Assembly (NCBI GenBank): GCA_963704725.1
Contig: OY969934.1
Span: 640,001 to 704,000 of the forward strand
Source of the DNA: an uncultured Actinomycetes bacterium
GTDB taxonomy: Bacteria; Actinomycetota; UBA4738; HRBIN12
Reading direction: 5' to 3'
Length of the DNA: 64,000 nucleotides
Shown: positions 58,704 to 64,000 of the stretch, piece by piece
Layout: the number at the start of each line of letters is the position of its first letter
How positions within the stretch are numbered: position 1 is the first letter of the stretch
Notes under the pieces: model-generated
Seen by the model: the letters and a program-made list of their open reading frames with translations, nothing else
What the model was told of the DNA's origin: nothing
Databases searched by the model: none
Made by a program: the position numbers and the translations under genes

Positions 58704-59342
58704 ATGGCATCCGAGCGCGAGAGCGACGCCCGCGGCCGGCGCGACCAGATCGTCGAGGTGGCCATGCGTCACTTCGCCGAGCACGGCTACCGAGGAGCGC
58801 GCGTCGAGGACATCGCGGCCGAGGTCGGGGTGGCCAAGGGAACGGTGTTCCTGCACTTCGGCAACAAGGAGGGGCTGTTCCTCGCGGCCTTCGAACGCGC
58901 GGTGCGCGAGCTCCCCGCCTGGCTCGACGTCCCCGAGGAGGTCAAGGAGCAGGGCTTCTGGGCCGTGCTCGAGCACTGGCTCGTGCGCACGGAGCAGTTC
59001 TTCGCCGAGGTCTGGGTGCAGAACCGGGTGGCCATGATCGGGCGCTACGACACGGGGCTCGGCATGCGCCGGCCGATCGACCGGTTCATGCGCAGCGAGG
59101 ATCCGTACGGGACCCTGGAGTTCGTCGAGTTCGGCGTCCGGCGCGGCGAGATCCGCGACGACGTCGACAGCGACATGATCGCGTCGATGCTGGACTGGCT
59201 GGCCGAGCGGTTCCAGGACGCGCTGGCGAGCGAGGAGCTTGATCCCGGCCTCGTGCATCGCAAGCCCTTCCTCCCGGAGCGTCGCGCGAACCGGATCCGC
59301 GAGTTCCTGGAGCTCGTGCGCACGGGGCTCGCCGCGCGCTGA
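58704..59342 (+). CDS. TetR/AcrR family transcriptional regulator
   Basis: 'IAAEVGVAKGTVFLHFGNKEGLF'. Confidence 0.9.
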   Translation: MASERESDARGRRDQIVEVAMRHFAEHGYRGARVEDIAAEVGVAKGTVFLHFGNKEGLFLAAFERAVRELPAWLDVPEEVKEQGFWAVLEHWLVRTEQFFAEVWVQNRVAMIGRYDTGLGMRRPIDRFMRSEDPYGTLEFVEFGVRRGEIRDDVDSDMIASMLDWLAERFQDALASEELDPGLVHRKPFLPERRANRIREFLELVRTGLAAR

Positions 59343-59397
59343 GGCGGGCCTCCGGGCCTCGGCTGGGTGCTGGGTCCGGGCTGGTAGCGTGCCCGCC

Positions 59398-60318
59398 GTG
59401 AACGGTCCCCTGCTTCGCGGACCCGTCCTGCGGCTCACGCGGGCGGGATGGTTCAAAAGGCTCGCGACCGGCCGGGCGGGGTGGCTGGTCGCGTCGAGGT
59501 TCGTGGCGGGCGACACGCTCGACGCCGCGATCACCACGGCCGGTGTGCTCGAGCGCCGCCAGTGCGCGACGATCCTCGACCACCTCGGCGAGAACGTGAC
59601 GGCGCCCGAGCACGCCGCCGAGGCGGTCGCCGCGTACGTCCGGGCGCTCGACCGGATCGAGGACGAGCCCGGCCTCGATCTCACGATCTCGGTCAAGCTC
59701 ACGCAGCTCGGGCTCGACTTCTCGACGGACCTGGCGGTGGCCAACCTCGAACGCGTGGTGGACGCCGGCCGCGACCGTGTCGTCATGATCGACATGGAGT
59801 CGAGCGCCTACGCCGACCGCACGCTCGAGGTGTTCCGGGCGCTCCGGGCCCGGACCGACCGGGTCGGGGTCTGCCTGCAGGCGTGCCTGCACCGCACGCC
59901 GCGCGACGTCGAGGACCTGCCGCTCGCGTCCACCGTTCGGCTCGTCAAGGGCGCCTATCTCGAGCCCCCCGAGGTGGCGATCGAGGATCGGCGGGAGGTC
60001 GACCGCGCCTTCGCCCGCCTGGCCGCCACCATCCTGTCGCGGGGCCACACCCTGCACGTCGCCACGCACGACCCGGACCTGCTCGAGGGGACCCGGGCGT
60101 ACGTCGAACGGACCGGCACGTCGTGGAAGCGGGTGGACTTCCAGTTCCTCCTCGGCGTGCGTCGCGACCTCCAGGCGCGCTACGCGGACGAGGGGTATCC
60201 GGTCACGATCTACGTCCCCTACGGGACGGAGTGGTACCCCTACCTCACTCGACGGTTGGCCGAGCGCCCTGCCAACATGTGGTTCTTCCTGTCGAACCTG
60301 GCGCGGGTTCGGCGATGA
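59398..60318 (+). CDS. monofunctional proline dehydrogenase
   Basis: 'RFVAG', 'SVKLTQLG', 'IDME', 'RLVKGAY', 'ATHD', 'YLTRRLAERP'. Confidence 0.9.
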   Translation: MNGPLLRGPVLRLTRAGWFKRLATGRAGWLVASRFVAGDTLDAAITTAGVLERRQCATILDHLGENVTAPEHAAEAVAAYVRALDRIEDEPGLDLTISVKLTQLGLDFSTDLAVANLERVVDAGRDRVVMIDMESSAYADRTLEVFRALRARTDRVGVCLQACLHRTPRDVEDLPLASTVRLVKGAYLEPPEVAIEDRREVDRAFARLAATILSRGHTLHVATHDPDLLEGTRAYVERTGTSWKRVDFQFLLGVRRDLQARYADEGYPVTIYVPYGTEWYPYLTRRLAERPANMWFFLSNLARVRR

Positions 60319-60358
60319 CCGCGGAACGCAGAGGGGGATCGATGAGGGAGAGCCGGAC

Positions 60359-61192
60359 GTGACCGACGGGCGCACCGTGGCGTTCCTGGGCGGCGGCCGC
60401 ATGGGTGAGGCGCTCGTCTCGGGACTGATCCGCTCGGGCGGGCGAACCGCCGACGAGATCGTGGTCACGACCCGGCGCGAGGAGCGGGCCCACGAGATCG
60501 CGGAGCGGTACGGCGTCGCGACGACCCGCTCGAACCCGGACGCCGTGGGACGGGCCGAGGTCCTCGTCCTCATGGTCAAGCCCCAGGACATGGGCACGCT
60601 GCTGGACCAGATCGCCCCGGCCGTCACGCCGCAGCACGTCGTGGTGAGCTTCGCGGCGGGGATCCGAACCTCGTTCGTCGAGCGCCGCCTCGTGCCGGAC
60701 GTGCCCGTGGTCCGCGTGATGTCGAACGTCGCCGTGCTCGTCGACGAGGCGATGTCGGTGGTCGCGCCGGGCGCGCGGGCCGAGGACTCGCACCTGGCGA
60801 TCGCAGAGGAGATCCTCGGCTACGTGGGACGGGTGATCCGGCTGAAAGAGTCGCACCTGGACGCGATCACGGCGACGAGCGGCAGCGGCCCCGCCTACTT
60901 CTTCCTGCTGGCCGAGGCCATGATCGAGGCCTGCATCCTTCTGGGGCTGTCTCGCGACGTCGCGACGGAGCTGATCGTGCAGACCATGCTCGGCTCGGCC
61001 AAGATGCTGCGTGACACGGGGAAGCACCCGGTCGAGCTGCGGGAGATGGTGACCTCCCCGGGGGGAACGACGATCGCGGCGATCCGCGTCCTGGAGGAGA
61101 CCGGCGTGCGGGCCGCCTTCCTGAACGCGATCGACGCGGCGTGCCGCCGGGGCGCCGAGCTGGCGCAGGGCGGCGACGAGGACGAAGGCTAG
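60359..61192 (+). CDS. proC: pyrroline-5-carboxylate reductase
   Basis: 'GGGRMG', 'SGSGPAY', 'VTSPGGTT'. Confidence 0.93.
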   Translation: MTDGRTVAFLGGGRMGEALVSGLIRSGGRTADEIVVTTRREERAHEIAERYGVATTRSNPDAVGRAEVLVLMVKPQDMGTLLDQIAPAVTPQHVVVSFAAGIRTSFVERRLVPDVPVVRVMSNVAVLVDEAMSVVAPGARAEDSHLAIAEEILGYVGRVIRLKESHLDAITATSGSGPAYFFLLAEAMIEACILLGLSRDVATELIVQTMLGSAKMLRDTGKHPVELREMVTSPGGTTIAAIRVLEETGVRAAFLNAIDAACRRGAELAQGGDEDEG

Positions 61193-61211
61193 GACGGGAG
61201 CGAGGTGACGG

Positions 61212-61334
61212 ATGGGACGAGGTGACCGGGCGCGGGTGCGGTGGGCGCACGACCGCGAGCGCAAGAAGAAGGACGGAGAGAAGCGGAGGGCGGCCGAGCG
61301 GGCCGCGGCGCGAAAGGCGGCGGCCAAGAAGTAG
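61212..61334 (+). CDS. 40-aa basic small protein (not in ORF track)
   Basis: SD GAGGTG, ATG 61212, MGRGDRARVRWAHDRERKKKDGEKRRAAERAAARKAAAKK*, GC3-biased codons. Confidence 0.6.
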   Translation: MGRGDRARVRWAHDRERKKKDGEKRRAAERAAARKAAAKK

Positions 61335-61337
61335 CCG

Positions 61338-62117
61338 CTACGGGCGCCCGATGCGGTTGCCCAGGACCCCGATCCCCTCGGCCTCGACCTCGACCTCGGC
61401 GCCGGGCCAGATCCGCTGCTCGAACCCGGGGATCTCGAACGGGCCCGACGCGAACGCCTCGCCCGGGCCGAGCGCCTCGGTCCGCGAGGCCCGCTCCACG
61501 TCGTGCAGGAGCCCTCGGGCGGTGCCGTTCAGGTTGCCCTTGATCCACTCCTCGCCGTCGACGCGGACGGTGACGAACGCGGTCTGGGGGTCGAGCTCGT
61601 CGGCCGTCACGATGCAGGGACCGATCGAGATGGGCACGCCGTCGGGGCTCGCCATCGGGTCCCCGGTGGTGCTGCGCGCCAGCCAGTCGCCGACGAGCGT
61701 GTAGCCGAACACCACCGAGGACGTCTCCTCGGTGGTGAGCGGATCCTCGACCCGCCGGCGCAGGACGGCCGCGATCTTGGGGTGGAACTCCAGCCAGCCG
61801 GCCCCCGCCGGCCAGGGGATCTCGTCGCCCGGGCCGAAGATGCGGCGCGAGCCGTCGAGCGCGTCGGCCGAACGAAGGGCCGCGGGAAGGATGGGCGCGA
61901 GCAGGTGCGCGTGATCGACGACGCAGGCCTTCGCCTCGTCGCGCTCGAGGGCGGCACGGGCGGCATCGAGAACGGTGCCCCCGTTGCCCTTGACCAAGCG
62001 CTCCATCGTCGCGGGGAAGGCGGGGTGACCGACCGCGTCGGCCAGGTCCACGATCTTCCCCTCGAGCAACGCTCCCAGCCGCCGGTGCCCCCGCCGGTCG
62101 AAGGTCACGAGCCTCAA
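61338..62117 (-). CDS. fumarylacetoacetate hydrolase-family protein, divergent
   Basis: 'MRLVTF', 'GYTL..DW.AR', 'GPCIVTADEL', 'EGIGVLGN'. Confidence 0.7.
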   Translation of the reverse strand: MRLVTFDRRGHRRLGALLEGKIVDLADAVGHPAFPATMERLVKGNGGTVLDAARAALERDEAKACVVDHAHLLAPILPAALRSADALDGSRRIFGPGDEIPWPAGAGWLEFHPKIAAVLRRRVEDPLTTEETSSVVFGYTLVGDWLARSTTGDPMASPDGVPISIGPCIVTADELDPQTAFVTVRVDGEEWIKGNLNGTARGLLHDVERASRTEALGPGEAFASGPFEIPGFEQRIWPGAEVEVEAEGIGVLGNRIGRP

Positions 62118-62272
62118 GGGAGGCCGATGGTACGCCCGGGCCGGGGCCGATTCCAGGCTATCCCGAGGTCAGTTGGGCCGGTGCGCGCGACTTGGGGGCC
62201 CTCGGTCCCGGCGGCTACGATGTGGCTGGTCAGCGCGCACGTTCCGCCGCGTTCCGCAAGGAGGGACACCCC

Positions 62273-63838
62273 ATGGCTGAGCAGGGCTTCCGCATCACCT
62301 ACGCCACGATGTCGGCCGACAACGAGGAGCTGCACCGCCAGTACGAGCGGGGCATCGAGGTGGCGCGCTCCTGGCTCGGCCAGAAGCACTCCCTGTACGT
62401 GAACGGCGAGGCCCGCGACGGGTCCGGGCACAAGGAGGCCCGCTCGCCCATCGACGGGACGGTGATCGGGGAGTTCGCGCTCGGCACGCGCGAGGACGTC
62501 CGCGACGCCGTGGCGGCGGCCAGGGCCGCGTTCCCCGAGTGGGCCAACCGCCCGTGGCAGGAGCGGGTAGCGATCATGCGCAAGGCTGCGGACATCATGA
62601 GCGAGCAGCGCAACGAGCTGTCGGCGCTCATGGCGATCGAGGTCGGCAAGAACCGGCTCGAGGCGCTCGGGGACGTCGAGGAGTCGGCGGATCTGATCCG
62701 GTGGAACGCCAACGAGATCGAGCGCAACGACGGGTTCCGCAAGCCGATGCAGTCGCTCGGCTCGTCCGGCGAGTACTACGACGTCCTGCGGCCGTACGGG
62801 GTGTGGGCCGTGATCAGCCCCTTCAACTTCCCGATGGCGCTGGCGGCCGGCCCCTCGTCCGGCGCCCTGGTCGCCGGCAACTGCGTCGTCTTCAAGCCCG
62901 CCCACATGGGCGTGTTCACCGGGCTCAAGCTGTACGAGATCTACATCGCGGCCGGCGTCCCCAAGGGCGTCGTCCACTACCTCAGCGGGCCGGGCAGCGT
63001 GATCGGGGACGAGATCGTCAACCACCCCGACGTGGCCGGGATCACCTTCACCGGCTCGTACGAGGTGGGGATGGGCATCTACAAGAACTTCGCCAAGGAC
63101 TACCCCAAGCCGGCCATCTGCGAGATGGGGGGCAAGAACCCCACGATCGTCTCCGACAAGGCGGACCTCGACAAGGCGACCGACGGCGTGATGCGCTCGG
63201 CGTTCGGGTACGGCGGGCAGAAGTGCTCGGCCAACTCGCGGGTGTACGTCCACCGGAGCGTGCACGACGAGTTCGTCAGCCTCCTCAAGGACAAGACAGA
63301 GAAGATCGCGATCGGCGACCCGTTGAAGAAGGAGAACTGGCTCGGGCCGGTGATCGACGAGAGCGCCGTCGCGACGTTCGAGCGGGCGGCCGAGGAGGCC
63401 AAGAAGAACGGCACCGTGGTCACCGGCGGCGAGCGACTGACCGAGGGCGAGTTCGCCAAGGGCACGTTCGTCCAGCCCACGGTGGCCGAGCTCCCACTCG
63501 ACTCCTGGGTGTGGAAGGAGGAGCTGTTCGTCCCGTTCGTGGCGGTCGCGCCGTACGACGACCTGGACGAGGCGATCCGGCTCGCCAACGACACCGAGTA
63601 CGGGCTGACGGCGGGCTTCTACAGCGAGGACCGTGCCGAGATCGACCGATGGCTGAGCTCGATCGAGGCCGGCGTCGTCTACGTGAACCGGCGAGCGGGC
63701 GCCACCACGGGCGCGTGGCCGGGCGTGCAGCCGTTCGGGGGCTGGAAGGGGTCGGGCACCAGCGGCAAGGCGGGCGGCGGCCCGTACTACGTCCAGCAGT
63801 ACCTGCGCGAGCAGTCCCGGACGGTGATCGAGGAATGA
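62273..63838 (+). CDS. aldehyde dehydrogenase, probable L-glutamate gamma-semialdehyde (P5C) dehydrogenase
   Basis: 'ISPFNFP', 'FTGS', 'EMGGKN', 'GQKCSA', 'QPFGG'. Confidence 0.88.
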   Translation: MAEQGFRITYATMSADNEELHRQYERGIEVARSWLGQKHSLYVNGEARDGSGHKEARSPIDGTVIGEFALGTREDVRDAVAAARAAFPEWANRPWQERVAIMRKAADIMSEQRNELSALMAIEVGKNRLEALGDVEESADLIRWNANEIERNDGFRKPMQSLGSSGEYYDVLRPYGVWAVISPFNFPMALAAGPSSGALVAGNCVVFKPAHMGVFTGLKLYEIYIAAGVPKGVVHYLSGPGSVIGDEIVNHPDVAGITFTGSYEVGMGIYKNFAKDYPKPAICEMGGKNPTIVSDKADLDKATDGVMRSAFGYGGQKCSANSRVYVHRSVHDEFVSLLKDKTEKIAIGDPLKKENWLGPVIDESAVATFERAAEEAKKNGTVVTGGERLTEGEFAKGTFVQPTVAELPLDSWVWKEELFVPFVAVAPYDDLDEAIRLANDTEYGLTAGFYSEDRAEIDRWLSSIEAGVVYVNRRAGATTGAWPGVQPFGGWKGSGTSGKAGGGPYYVQQYLREQSRTVIEE

Positions 63839-64000
63839 GCGTCGAGGAGCTGACCGATCTCGCGAACGCCCAGGCCCCCCGGCTCCTGACCGAGGTCCCG
63901 GGGCCGGAGGCCCTGGCGAGGATCGATCGAGACGGCAAGGTCACCAGCCCGTCGCTTCCCCGCGCCTATCCGCTGGTCCCCAGGCGGGGCGGCGGCTCGG
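63835..64000 (+). CDS. class III PLP aminotransferase (3' partial)
   Basis: ATGA overlap; 'TEVPGPEA...SPSLPRAYPLV..RG.G' typical GabT/ornithine aminotransferase N-terminus. Confidence 0.7.
   Translation, partial: MSVEELTDLANAQAPRLLTEVPGPEALARIDRDGKVTSPSLPRAYPLVPRRGGGS

Noticed and set aside
58227-59037. Short ORFs spanning the ncRNA region
   Set aside because: Atypical codon usage, no motifs, and they conflict with the promoter-structure-terminator layout.
59398-61192. Proline dehydrogenase co-oriented with proC as a novel futile cycle
   Set aside because: This adjacency is common in actinobacteria.
1-64000. CRISPR arrays, transposases, defence systems
   Set aside because: No regularly spaced repeats or recognisable cas, IS, toxin or nuclease genes seen by eye.

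Overview
Very high-GC chromosomal segment from an Actinomycetota bacterium, probably a deep-branching lineage (inferred from glnR, glnE, mshA, rsiG and pervasive leaderless promoters). Most of it is core metabolism: a purine cluster (purA-D-E-B-C-S-Q-L ... purF-M), a 2-oxoacid dehydrogenase E1a/E1b/E2 operon, four tRNAs (Phe, Asp, Glu, Lys), nadE, a nitrogen cluster (glnA2, glnE, glnA1, glnR with GlnR boxes), cysH/sat, rsiG + HD-GYP, asparaginase II, mshA and proline genes. No mobile elements or CRISPR arrays were seen. Most notable: (1) an unannotated ~200-nt rod-shaped ncRNA with 6S/Ms1-like architecture, its own sigma70-type promoter and a terminator (58299-58607); (2) a compact four-gene acyl-tailoring cluster (tandem Arg/Cys alpha/beta-hydrolase, P450, fatty acyl-AMP ligase, ACP); (3) a PurE lacking its catalytic His; (4) an RsiG with degenerate c-di-GMP motifs next to an HD-GYP phosphodiesterase; (5) an unannotated 40-aa basic small ORF after proC. 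All calls come from reading motifs by eye; no searches or folding programs were run. Several starts were trimmed relative to the ORF track.
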